From: Ophelia neglecta
Taxonomy: Eukaryota
Length of the DNA: 64,000 bases
Assembly: GCA_965285935.1 (NCBI GenBank)
Contig: OZ260661.1
Location: forward strand, 53,010,001 to 53,074,000
Direction of reading: 5' to 3'
Below are positions 41,501-55,000 of this stretch, one piece after another (the first letter of the stretch is position 1; every line of letters begins with the position of its first letter). A program made the translations under genes and the position numbers. The notes below the pieces were generated by a model, which was not told the origin of the DNA, did no database searches, and saw nothing but the letters and a program-made list of their open reading frames with translations.

Positions 41501-44500
41501 TGGGTATTGGTAGGAGCACCTGCCAGGGCTTTTTAGTGTTACGGGCGGCGTGAATTGGCCTTGAGGGAGCTATGCTGATCGCCTGGAGAAATGAACAATG
41601 TCATGTACCGCACCCTCCAAATATGCATACTGGCTGTACAATATCTAATATCGCACCCCTAACCCCTCAAACCAGTTGTAGGTTCCGGCTGTTTGTCGGG
41701 CCAGGGACGGGGCGCTACACGACCCTCCAGGGAGCCCTAGCAGGGCAATAGAGAACTCCAATAGCAGCAACTCAGATCTGTACGCCGGCAACTACTTGCC
41801 CATGACAACGACCCATCGGTGTATCCCACGGTCCAAGTGTTGTCTCCTCAATCACCAATCTTCAATTCAGCAAACGTACTATTACTGATTATTTTAGGAA
41901 TAAACTAAACAATTTTTATGTGGACCATAAAAATAGACGTTTTTGATTCAGTGCGCAGACATCAATCCAGAAATATATTATTGTCTTGTAGAATCCTGAT
42001 AACCATGGCCTGCAGAGCAGTCATGGCATTGTGGATCGGCCTTATCAGATGGAGACTCGTTTCTCTCCAGCTTAATCGAAACAGACAGGAGCATATGAAA
42101 CTGTAGCATTGGAGGCCAGAACCCGTGCTCGTTTGGCCATTAAAGGGCGGGCTGGATTTAATTTCATGTGCCGATGAGCAGCGGTATTAGAGTGGGGCCT
42201 ATCACCCGGCTAGGTAAACAGTTACTGCTCGCTCCTTCCCGATCAGACCGCTCCAATATAGTCAACGGTGAGCGATCACCGGCACGTGCCGCCCGTGTGA
42301 GGGAATTGTCAATGCCAATTGTCGGCAGAATATCAATTATTACAGGTTGTAGTCATGAATAATAAAGGTACACATCTCCAGATGAGGGGATGAGCGTGTT
42401 TTCTGTCATGCATCGCCTCATTGCTACAGAGTTGGACAATTTTCCTATTCATAGAGCCCGGCTTTGTTTGCACTTGAACCATTGTCCGGGAAGATAAATA
42501 TTTATTTGAGATGGATATTCACTTTGCATCGTCCGTGAACAATGCCGTGGTATTTGCCAATTGGATGAGTACAATATGATTTGCCATTTGGACAAGCGCC
42601 CCTATTTGTACCAGCGCCTTGTACTTCTATACTCATCACTATTGCATGGGGACGTCTTGTCTTCATGCTGACGTATTTAACTGCCCATGTGATCGGTGGT
42701 CTAGCCAAACTGGACCAAGTCATCATGTGAACGTGTAAGAAATGTCTGGGGCATTTTGGAATGAAATTTGGCACAGTCTCTCAAGTTTTTGATAAATGTA
42801 AGCCTTTAAGTATATATGAAAGTAAAACAGGGTCTGTAAGCCTCTGCAGAAAAAAATGAAGATCGTCAATTGATGAATGGTTGCAAACAATGAATTCGCA
42901 ATTTATTAGTTCATGGGCCTGCAATGCCCGGAAGTAATGGGATATAGTGTGGCACGACACTTTATTTACGACATATCAGCAATCGTCAATCTCATACAAC
43001 CCCTTTTCGGCTCACGCAGATAGTCGGAATTCTGGCACGAAAGACAAGGAAGCGAACAATTTAGCCAGCATGGTATCAGCTATAACTCAGCTTAACATCA
43101 TCGCATTCCCGTTTCCCCGGACAGAAATATTAATAGATTTGTGTTATTGGAGTCGTTCATGAATATTTTATCGCAGGTTTCATAGCACGTCGACCGACAC
43201 GGTCGTCCATGAGATATATTTCTTGTCGACGCTGTGCTTTCACATGCATATTGGCGGCCAGCTCTTTCCAACCGTATGAATGTTTTATGTGGATCTCTGA
43301 GCATTGCATGACAGTCAGAAACCATCTTCTTACATTGTAAGCGTTCGTTTTTACTTCTGCGCACTGCGATAGGCCTATAGTAGGAAGGTCATTTCTCTAC
43401 CCTAAAGGAGAGGTAACTGTTGTACAGGTGAAACTAGGGAGAAAGAAACAAAAACATATTTCAATAAACACTTCCGGTTCACGAGGCACTCCAACATCTC
43501 GTGCCCCGGATGTTGTCCCAGCGAGACTTTGTTAACAATAACCAGGTCATTGCGTCTTAAAGTTGGTTGTGTATAATACGTTGCCATTTTTGCCGCCCTT
43601 CACCGTAAGATTGGTAATAATTTACCTGGGCTACGAGGCAGCTGTTTTGTATATAAATGAGTTTTCTGTATGGCGCTGTCACCCCCGCCTACTGCTCCTC
43701 ACTCATAGAAATGTGACTACGTGTCAGCGGCTATTTGTTAACGTCTCTCAGTATAACCCGCGTGTCTTTTATCATACCTGTGGAGAGCCTTAAACAAATC
43801 TTTGCTGTCTTCCTTCTGCCCCCTCGAAAGCCTCAAAAATTACAGCGCGAAACATAAAGTTTATTGTTGGCGACAAAGGAAAGTCTTTCATCTCGCCAAA
43901 TTAGACAAACGACACCGAAGGATATTTTTCCATTTTAAATCTTTCCGTTTTGACAACGTCAGTGACAAACCGCTCGAAAAGGCCATATATGGGCATGTTA
44001 TTCATGACAAGCCCGCAGTTGCTATTTGACTAACAAATCCTTGGTTGTAAATCAGCACAATTCCTCTAATCCGGGTCTTCTTCCGGCTTCCTGTGGGACC
44101 ATCTTTCTCGGCCGCCATAAAGACTTTGGAAACTTAATCAATTTGACATCTCAGTCAGCCAAGGGTCAAAATAGGACCTGACCTTCCCCAGTCACGCCAC
44201 TCCTTACAAGGACAATGGTGAAAAAAGAAGTTTAGCCAGTTTAAGTCAAAATTAGTTTGAAAGAACCCTCAGTAGCTCACAGTGCCTTGTCAATGATTCT
44301 GACATCGTGGTTTTCACATGGCCCCTGTGGACCATATAATCTAATTCCGTGTCAAACAATAGTAAGAGAGCGGTGTCTCATATATTTGCTCTCGACTATT
44401 AACCCAAATATTAGGCCTTGTGTAGAAGCCATGCCAAATTAGAAGGTTCTTTCTGCAGTCCATAAGCCCACTGGTTAACATTACATCGAGAATACTTTTT

Positions 44501-44717
44501 TAACATAAATTTTGGTTTTATATGACCGGAAGATATTAAATTTGTTTTATAAATCGAGAATATGGCTTGTATCGGAGAAGAGAACCTATACGATTTTGGG
44601 TATCCCGTATTCCAGACTTGTTATCGATGTCATCTAGAAATGTATGTTTTAGAAGTTTTCGATAGTACTGCCCATATTAACTGATGTGATTTAACAGTTA
44701 AAAAGACCTCCTGCAAG

Positions 44718-44824
44718 CATCATGATCTGACTCCGAGCCCGTTGAAGTGGACCCCCTCTCCCCTATTTGGCTAATTTCCATGTTCAGGGGGTCCACTTCA
44801 AGGGGCTCAGAATCAATCATGATG
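44718..44824. repeat. 107-bp fold-back element (40/39-nt arms, 28-nt loop)
   Basis: 44718-44757 versus the reverse complement of 44786-44824 differ by 3 mismatches and one bulged base. The inner 16 bp are perfect. Confidence 0.9.
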
Positions 44825-47800
44825 AGGGACATCTTCTAAAGTGGCAAAAGTGAAAAAATTGAAGTGGCCAGCACTATCCATAAAATAGTCATTGATAAAG
44901 GTGTCTACAATGGAACAGAAATGCAATTCCTGCCCCACGGCACGCCTAGTCTAAAACTAGAACCATTAATATCACGTCTCATGTTTCGGAAAAGTGACTC
45001 ATAAAAATGGTTAGAAACAGAGTTTTTTTTGCGAGTAAGAAGTTTTTCTCCTTTGTTTGTATGTGTGTGTTTGATGTTTGTGGAGGAGTTTGCTGGTTGA
45101 TTTATTCGGTAGATTAGTCGTTTCGCGGCGCCCGGTGTTGCGGCAGTCGGACGGGGTCCTGGAGGGGCCATCAGAGCCGGGCCCGCGGGTCTCGTAATGG
45201 CATGTTTGGGGCCGCCACACCGCGGGATGGCTATCACTCCTTGTACTTTGCACCCTCTCAATTCCTCCTTCACGATACGCCGCCATCGGGCGAGGTTAAT
45301 GATCCCAATGAAACCAGGCTCTTTGTTACGACTTGCCGATTTTTTTGATCCCTAAAGGGTGATGTTTAAAACGGGTTATGCGATACCGAACCATGGTTTC
45401 AGCAAAATGTCGCTTGGGTGGCAGATTACAGCAAACCGCGATCAGACTGATTAAAAAACATGAAACGAGACAAAATGGTGCACCAAGGAATAGCCGGATA
45501 TGATGATAGCAATTATCAACGCTCCCCAAAGTAGGGTCTGTGCGCTTCCCCTTCTTGGCGAGATTGGCCCGGTCTTGGCCGGCGGTCGATTCCAGTGAGC
45601 CAGGGGCCCCCTCTTCTGCCCAAGAGGCTTGCCCGTCTCTGTTGTTTACATCGCGGCAACAAGTACCAAAGTGTTTAAGTCCCATCCTGGGATAGTCTGC
45701 CTTTCAAACAAATGAGTTTCAGATCTCTTGTGGTAGGCCTATAGAGTGGGGTCAACCGATCAACATTTAATGACAGGGTTAAAGCTTTATTTTAAACTGT
45801 AGCAATGTGATGTATGATTCGTTTATAGGCGCATACACACTTGCCTTTTTCAGTTTGACTTATGGGCCTTAAACCCTTTGATTGATGTTTGTTGGAAATG
45901 ATTACCTAATTGTTATTTTTACTGTGAATTTGTCACCAAAGTAAAGGCAAGGACTATGAATAAGTTCAAAAAACAAATTAGATAACGTATTTTTTACTGC
46001 ACTATCTGCAATAAAGCCCCGGAATAAAACAATTGGCGAAGGACAAATTACTGGAATTAAAAGTCGTCTGCCGGGATCATTTAGCACGAGAACCACGCCC
46101 GACGCTTTCCCACATCTCGCTTCCGCCATGACAGCCGGAAATACAGCGACAGATGGTGTAGCGGCAATAATGTTTCCCCAAAACAAAGGCGCGGCAGATT
46201 TCCCTTTCATTATACTAGTCAGATGGCTTGCATTGCAAATGTAAAAATATCCCTTGTCTGGTGCTCCATAATAGTAGCATTTACCATGTGAGGCACGGCG
46301 CAACCAATGATGCGTTTCTCGCAAATGACAGTCGAAGAAATACTAGGACATGTGGCCGTGCATTCATTTGGCGGGCCACTGGAGTGTCGACTTTCCCGTC
46401 TTATGTTTCCGCCGAGCTCTGGCAGATTTTGTTCATTCATTTTCAGGCTATATTGGACAAGATAACATTGCATGTCGTGCTGTTTCGTTCTTTCTCCCGA
46501 CATTGCTGGAATATTTGTTTTCCCAGTGGTTTGGGCCTAATTATCAATCCTTTAACAGCAACAATTATTTTTAGAAATGCACGTGACTTTAAAACGCCAA
46601 TCCTATTTGTCGTCGGCTGTTCCTGCGACAAGCTCTCTTCCGGATATTGTCTTTGAGCCTTCATCCTTTTATCATTGCTCCCCCATCATCCCAAATTCTT
46701 GGCCTTGTCTATCCGGGCAGACGACAAATATTTTCCCTCCTAATTTCTGTTTTGTCCTTGTCTTGGACGGCTTTCCGCGGATTCAGACGCTGTATAAAGC
46801 CCGGGAAAGCAAGGATTAGATAGTTGGACAGAAATTGATGGATGATATCTAAGAACACATACAGGCTGCCATGGCGGACTCGACAGGTAGACGATCGGGT
46901 GATGAATGGCCTGGTCGGAGATTGGCCCATGAATCATCTTAACATTGGGACGAATACACGTTGATTAGGGCTAATTATCTCTCCAGTCAAGTCTACGTTT
47001 CAAGTTCAAGCGATCGGGCACCAATTAGCCATTGGTAGGGGCACATTCGGGCTTAAATTAAGCCTGGTCGAGTTGGTGAGGTGCATGCAATTCTTTTGTT
47101 ACCTCCGGGCAGGTTTCTTGTTATCCGCATTGCAGACGACATCCCGTGTTGGGTGTGGTCGGCCGAGAACCTGTGGATGTCGTGACAGAGCGCTTCGCAG
47201 TGGACCACTGCCGCTAGATATAACCATATTCATTACGGGCATGAAGGGTCAGCCGTCCTTTGACATCAACAACAAACTCCTCCATTGTCAGCTTGGTCTT
47301 AGTTCCTCTTAATGAACGCCTAACATCACAGGGGTCTACAAGGACTTCTGACCTTTTGATTATAATAGTCAAACACATCACAAACAAATATTGATCATCA
47401 AACAACAGTGTCAGCATAATTTGGACAGTTTATCACAATGCTGAAAAGGGAAAATGACTATGGTTCAAACAAGAATTATGTAAATCATTGACCATGATCG
47501 GTAAAGCCAGGAAAGGTCAAATACCATAGCAATGGCTAATCTAATGTAATGGAAGGTGGATATGGGAAACTTGCTCAAACAAGTACTGCAAACATTCTCT
47601 GAAAGGCCAAAACTGTGCTTTGCATTAGTACCAAGGGAGAAGTAGTTTTCTGACTTGCTTCTAAATTCGGCCCTGTCGAGTGCCACTTTTGATTCAGAGC
47701 CAAGAGCAGATCAAAACATAGCCTTACTTGGACGTAACAGCCCATTGACCTGAGCACTTCTCATACAGACGACAAATGGGCGATTAGCTTGACCTATGAT

Positions 47801-49050
47801 AGGAGCAACATCGCCGGTCGCTTTGGAGAAAGGAAAATTATGGAAGCGGCGGATACAGGCGACTGGCAGGAGATATCATTACGGGCTATGGCTGTCGACC
47901 TACACCGACAGATTGGTTTTATCTCTGTGCACTGTGAGCGCAGGAGAAAACAACTTGAAAATGTAAACGATTAATGGAGGAGCGACTCAGACAACAGACC
48001 ATTGCACAATTAGCCATTATCCTCCATACTAGTCAAGCGTGCTCGGTTTATATTGTCCATGCCAACTGTGTGATGGGGCATTATGAACCATTTGAAGGGT
48101 ACTATAAATTTCAGATGGCCCCTTTTGCAAGGCCCTTTCCATGCAGGGTCTCCTCTCCATAACACCCATATGGTTATGTCTCTTCTGAGACGCTCACTGT
48201 CGTTTGGTCCTGATCTGTATAACAGCAAGAGCCATTGAGAAATTATTTCGAGTGTTGTATCGGGTGATGGCATTAAGCTATCCCATGCTTGGATGGACTT
48301 GGCTAATCAGAGGCAGCCAGAGGTCCGCGATCCTTGTGTTGTCACTGAAAAGGGACTGCAATGCTCAAGTACTTGGATCTTTGCGCGTTGGCTTGCCAAC
48401 ACCATATTTATACACGGACAATCAGATTTCTTGTGTCGGCTTCATTTTCTAGTTGTACATGCTTTAGGAATAAAGCTGTCCTAGGTCAAGCTCGGAGGCC
48501 TAGTGGCGACTAAAGAAGGTAGCAGACGATAGATTAGCCATCGTAAGATGCACCCATGTCCTGCTCGGAATAAATCACGACATCTATTCCATAAAATGAA
48601 GGGTGAAACCAGGGCTCTTATATAAATGTCTAGCGAATAGTACAGATTGTGACTAAGGAAAATTTGTAACGAGACCCCTTATGAACAATATATAGTCACT
48701 CTAACAGCCACATATTGGTGGAAAGTCTATAGCTTAAAGTCAAGAGTTTAATGTTGACTCTAAAAGACCTAGTGGCCATTTGGTAATTGATTCACTGTTG
48801 TCCTTTCCTGACCACCATCTGTTGCAGGCATGTAGCCCCATTTTCTCGGAAACCCAGTTTTGTCTCAGATTTTAAGCACGCGTAGCTATGAGACACCTTA
48901 TTTAAGCCAACGTTTAGCGCAGATGTAGACTGCATGCCATGAGCAAATATGTCTAAAGGTGCCTCGTGGGTTATATTATCATGTTTCTTTCCAAATATGA
49001 CCTGAACTAAATGGTAAAGCTACCTGTATGGGGTCAAGATCAAAATGTCT

Positions 49051-49077
49051 ATTGTTTACATTGTTTACATTGTTGAC
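49051..49077. repeat. 9-bp tandem repeat ATTGTTTAC-ATTGTTTAC-ATTGTTGAC
   Basis: Read directly from the sequence. Confidence 0.85.
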
Positions 49078-52000
49078 CTGCGGACTGGCCCTGACTCCCT
49101 TGATCCCTTGGTCGATGAAGCAGCTGTGATACACAGCCGTCTGATATTATTTACACGGGGTTTACAATGTTGGAGCCGGCCTATGACCTGTAAGGAGCTG
49201 GTACCTCTGATAGGAGAGTATCGGCCTCTGCCTGCAATGGGCCCGACTCGGGCGCTCGATGGTGGCCCAGCAGAAGGGGGAGATACGCCAAATCTACTGC
49301 CCCGTTTCAACTAGCTCATTAATCACTCGACTTGATACACTTGCCAATGCAGCTCCGCTCTGCTCCTATCTTCATCTACCATCGCCCACGACTGACGTAT
49401 CGGGCTTTCATTGTTTCCAACCCTCGATGCACGACCAATTAATTCTATCAGTAATTTCGATACCACCATCCACCGGAGATAAGCGTTGAAATTAGGGGAA
49501 CGACACGGGAAACCGGTTTCTAAATGAATAATATTTTGGCCGAGTTAGCTTGAGCGAGGAGTGTATTTCGGTAGATCTGGGTGTGTGTCGGGAAATTCAA
49601 TCCGTCTAATTTAGACGTTTGGAGGCTGGCCCGTCACGCCCCTCATAGGGAGAGATACACCGGCCTTAAGTCGGCTTATCCAGATATCCGTGCACCGGCA
49701 ATAGAAAACGAGATTCCACAGAAATCCATCGCTTTCCATTCCGAATTTAATATCGAACTTTATGATCACATCAAAGTCCTAGAATCAAAGATCTAGATAC
49801 TGTATCAGTTGAATTATGAATTCAATATGAATTTTATATCGACTCGGGGCTGATTAGATAGCGACGGAGGGGTGTTCAGATACATCCTCTAGATTGAATG
49901 TGGAATCTTTGATGGGGAAATGAGGCGCTTTCAGAGAGCATCAGCCGTGTCAGAGCACCAAATGAGTTCTGCCACAGTTCTGTGGGTCTAACGCTGTTTT
50001 TTTCACTCGTCTCTCGGAGACTTAATCTGCGGGCTTGCTGGCGGGTCGATCGGTCGAAGCTAAGGAAACACCGGGCACGATCCGGACTAATGATAACTAT
50101 ACATCTCCAGCTTTATTCCGGAGACATCAAGACCGGATCTCGACTGGAAAATCAAATAAGAAAGCCGCTACACGTAGTAACGGCTATCACAAATAATAGT
50201 TTCGACGGACACACTTGACATGTGACATTGGCGCGGTCACGAGGTATTGACATCCGGAAGAATGTGTATTTGTTTGTCAAGTCGAACACGTGCCTAGCAG
50301 GTGCTTATCCCGAGATGACAATCAGCCGACACTCGTTCCCGCTTCCCATTCTCTGTCCTCTCCACGGCAGACGACAGTAGTCGTGGCCGCTACAATTATC
50401 ATAACCAGGGCACTTATGATCGGCCACGAGCACCTCTCAATATCTCAATGAGTGGAGCGGCAATAAAAAATAATAGAGTCGGCAACATGGCGGAATCGGC
50501 TCCATTTAAGGCGGCGAAATTCAATACTGCTTTTAGCGGTTCTTCATCTGACACTGAAAGATGTCTCGGAGCTGTTAGCTTGACAGGTTATTCTCTGTAA
50601 TAACATCCAATAAAACTCCATTTGTGGGTAGCAGAAAAACAAAATGGAAAGAAATAAATCTGCATTTTCTTATTAAAGGGAAATTATCATGAATGTAAAT
50701 GCCTCTATTCCAGCAGAAACGGCTCCGAAGCACCTTAAATGGCAAATTACCGCCACAAACACAGTTGAAGAGCCAACAAGATAAAGGCAGAGTCAAAGCA
50801 TTTATTTGCTCATTTTCATGGCTTTTGGTGCGTGAAGTGAGAATATATATATTGTGGATTATTATCCCAGCCACGAATCACCCGAGGCCTCATCTTCATT
50901 GCCAGGTTGTTGCCAGCAAGTCGAGTCTCTGGTGGCCTCTTTTGCAAATATGTTATAGCCCAATACCGATGTAGTCAGACCTATTCCAATCCTCTGAAGA
51001 CTTCTGAGTCGAGTGTTTGTGAATTAAATAATAGATTTGATGAAAATAGCTAAGCCAATATGGCGTGGTATGAATAGTTATTGTGGGTGCTTAACTAGGG
51101 CCCCATGGGGCAACTTCCGGTGAGAGGTAGGCTTCCGCCGCGTGCTGTCTCGGGAAAAGTTGGCCGCTCAAATCTCCCGGGTGCCACCATTAGGTCTGTA
51201 TTATAAACATGTAGCAGTGGGAAACGCAACGTGGAAATCCAACCGGGTAATAGAATTTGTCACTCTCTGAGCGGCTCCTGGTCTCAGCAGGCCTCAATAG
51301 GCCAAATGAAGTTATGAGTTTGAAAAATGAAGTCAAATTTACTTAGTTACGAGCCAAATGGTCGACAATGGGGTTGGTTTAATAGCCTTGGCGCGAAAAT
51401 GGAGTCGTCGAGCGGAGAGCAAACCCCAGAAGAGAGTTTAGTCAAATGAAGGGGATTTAACCGTTTACCACGTCATACTGAACCAATGGCTTGACCATAT
51501 CCCGGGAGAGACCCAGCAATGCCCTGATTATTATTAATGTAGGCTAGATGCATAGATCATATGGTGTTGAACTTATACAGATGTACACCTAAAACAATGC
51601 ACAGAAAACATCTTCGCCTTTAAAACAAAAATATACCTATAGGTTCAAAAGAAATGTTAACCCATGGCTTTAAGAAAGTTATATAGGCCTATCGGGCTAG
51701 ATATGCAATGGCCTAGGTTAGATATTAAAAATATAATTCTGCCAGAATCATTTAGATTGTGTGAAGGGAAGACTTGTTTATGTGTAAACTCTTTGGGAGC
51801 TTTCTATCGTTGTAAAGTTGTACTATTTGTAAGGTGGGCGCTATTTGAGTAAAAATGTCCTCCAGAGCCTTTTAGACAATGAGTGTCGGCGACATTGTAA
51901 CAGAGCCATATAACTCATCTTAACACCTTGTAATGCTGCTCGCTAGCTGTTTGGAGTCGTCGGCTTCCCTAACGTCTTAAAAAGAGGCGCTTGGGAATTG

Positions 52001-55000
52001 AAGCAAACTGCATACACCCGTTTACTCCGGCTGAATTTGCTTTACATGCTGCAGCAACGGATAATACAGGCTTGAAAGGACAGAACATTATCAGGGAGAG
52101 CGTCTGCTCGGAGGTAATAATACCGCAAAGAGCCGCGCTTGCTCCATCCGGCTCCCTAACTATATTGTAGACCTCGTTTACTTCTCTTCCAATTGTGTTG
52201 CACATCCCTCTGTATAAGCTGAATGATACCTTCTCTAATGAATTTAGTCAAGTTCATTATTCTACTGCCTCGCTTATTTTCTGTTCGCATGTCGGTGAAA
52301 GATGCCACTCGGTCGGTTCCTCGGCTACACAATGCAGGCTCCTAATCACCCAAACGACATTTCGCCAAATGTCCCCGTATTTGTGGTGTTATCACCGTCT
52401 GCTGACAGCCAATATACAGCAACAAACCGGGATACACCGCTTAATACATTATACATTGTTCGCAAGGACAACAACCGACGTTAAATGTCAAGTTTGTGTC
52501 TACATGGCATATATACAGGGCTTCACCACAGAGCAGGTGTTCACGATTTGTTGGCCTTGAATAAATATTTATCCGCTTCAAGAATCGTGTATCAGATTCC
52601 CCGTCCTTAAATTTCAATCATAATAAAATATCGGCTGAAAGTATTACCCCCCATAACGATATTACTCGTTGTTGATTGAGCAAACGCAGTCGGAAGGCCC
52701 GTGTTTGCCCAATGTTTGTCCTTGCTCCCAGCTCTATTGGCCATCGCACGCTGAGCAATGGCCGATTCCACTCAGCACTCGGAAGACACAATTTGTCGGC
52801 GATATTCCGCAATTGAACGGCAAACTAATCACCGCTTTCCTGTAATATTCCGGAAAAAGAATGGCTCTGTTGCATTCAAGCGGTGATAATGGCATCATGT
52901 CGACGTGGTGCGAGGAGTTGGCTTTTAGAGGAGTAGAGTCAGGCGAGATTGGAAGGGCATGGTGTGTGTCTGCTTCATAGATATATAGTTATTGGTTTAG
53001 TGAAACTCTCTCTTGTATTTTTTTTATAATCATTATTATAGGTCTTTACCTAATCTATGCCCTAGTTCTGTTGTATTGTTGTTGAACTCTTGATAATATA
53101 TTTTAATGTCATGTAAATTGTTAGGCCCTGGGTCCATGGTATGTAATATTATAGCTTTCAAGTTAACATTTAATAAACTGTGATGACACTTATATAGAAG
53201 CTCTATGTTCGGATTGAAAGGAAGTGTTATTATTAGGTGACCGATGTGAGCCGTAAGGCATCTTATTATTCCCATTTTTAGCGTGCACAGTGGTTAATGG
53301 TGATTTAAAACGTGGTCCTTTCTCTAACACAGGCCGACGTGTAGGAGCAGGGGGCATGCTACTTCATTGTAGCCGGGCGGTGACCAATGGTCGCAACTAT
53401 TAGTTGGTTTAAGTCTTTTTTGTTCTTTTAACAACCCAGATTAAAACCAAGTGATCTATATGCGTATTATAGCCTATAAAATACCAACAGGATGCAGAAT
53501 GATAAGATATTTTGAGCGTGCCGTTTTTGGCTGCCTTGCCATTGAGGCTGATGCTTTGTCGCTGCTGATAGAGCGCAGCACTATACAGACAAACAGCAGG
53601 ATGCTGCTGTGTCTTCTGCTGCCGATGGCTGCTCTGTGACCGGCAATACAATCGACGTGAGGAGAATACCCGGGGGCGTTAATAAATACCCACCTCTCCC
53701 TAAACCCTCACCGCATTTACCCAATTTGACGCCTTTGCGCCCTGAGACAATACAATTTGCCACCCAAACGCCCGACTGCTTGTGGCACTATTGCCGCCCC
53801 AAAATTGTATCAAGTGCTTATTATTCTCTGAAGGCTTGGTCTTTTCTTTGCATGTCGATTGCCGAGAAGAGAAAATCACATTTCTTATGCCAGCGGGCGG
53901 CGCTCAGGGGAGTGGTTAGCGATGTGCCACGGATGTCGACTAGCGAGGCTCAGCTCGTCTTTACCTCATCTCCTCACCTCTCGTGATGCCTCTCTTCTGG
54001 AGCACGCTTCCTACTTCTCTGGGACTCCAGTGTCACCAGCAGCACACGTCTAAACATGCTAAATGTGGCTTCCTGCAATTGTAAAATGACACATTGTCCA
54101 AGCCAGATACAAGTTTCGGTTTGTGATCGGTGAGGGATCGGTGGGGTCGAGAGAGCAAGTGCCCTTCCGTCCTAATACGGTCATCTGGTTCCTGTAAACA
54201 AGGCACACTTCCGCCAGCCAGTGACCTTTTTTCTAGACCCCTTTTTACATTGAACAAACGCCGTATCTGTTGCATGCGTTGATATTTTCCGGGCTCGCTG
54301 TTTTGTCATTTCTAATTGGCACACAATGGTGAATGGGCGGCTGGCACCGCATTAGAGACGTGGAGGTCCTGGGGCTGTCGAGCCCCCTCTGTCCCCCGGG
54401 GGCCGCTAACCATCCCGACACGCCTGCCCTCCCGACCCCTATTGGCCATCTGCCTATTATACGATGACAAAAATATGATCGATATCAACGCATCCCGCGC
54501 TATATTTGCTTGATTAAATTTTATATCAGGAATTCGGAGGCAGATGAAAGAAAACAGCCACACCATACATAAAACATATTTATCTTAGGCGCATTTACAG
54601 GGACACATTATTTGGAAATAAGCCGGAATATTGCAATATCCAAATTTAGTTCTGTCCCCTGGGAGGTGGATTATACGTGAAGCCCATATGCAAGAGATCA
54701 TCTCATTATTGGCGAGGACCACTTTACATTGGCCCTCGCATTGGACACGGAAAGTGAATCGGGCGATTAGGTGTCTAATTCAATTCTTAAAATAATTCAG
54801 CATCTTCAATCACAATGTCGGGATCGGTTGAATGATATCACGGGATATCTCAATGGGACGGAGGGTTGGTATATAGTGACCAGCCCGCTGAATCAGCCAT
54901 AACGAGCTCTATAGTATCAAAACCATCAAAGACTCTCTCTTGAATTATCAATAAGCCCTGCCCAAAGACGACGTCTGCCAATGGCCGAACATTCACCAAG

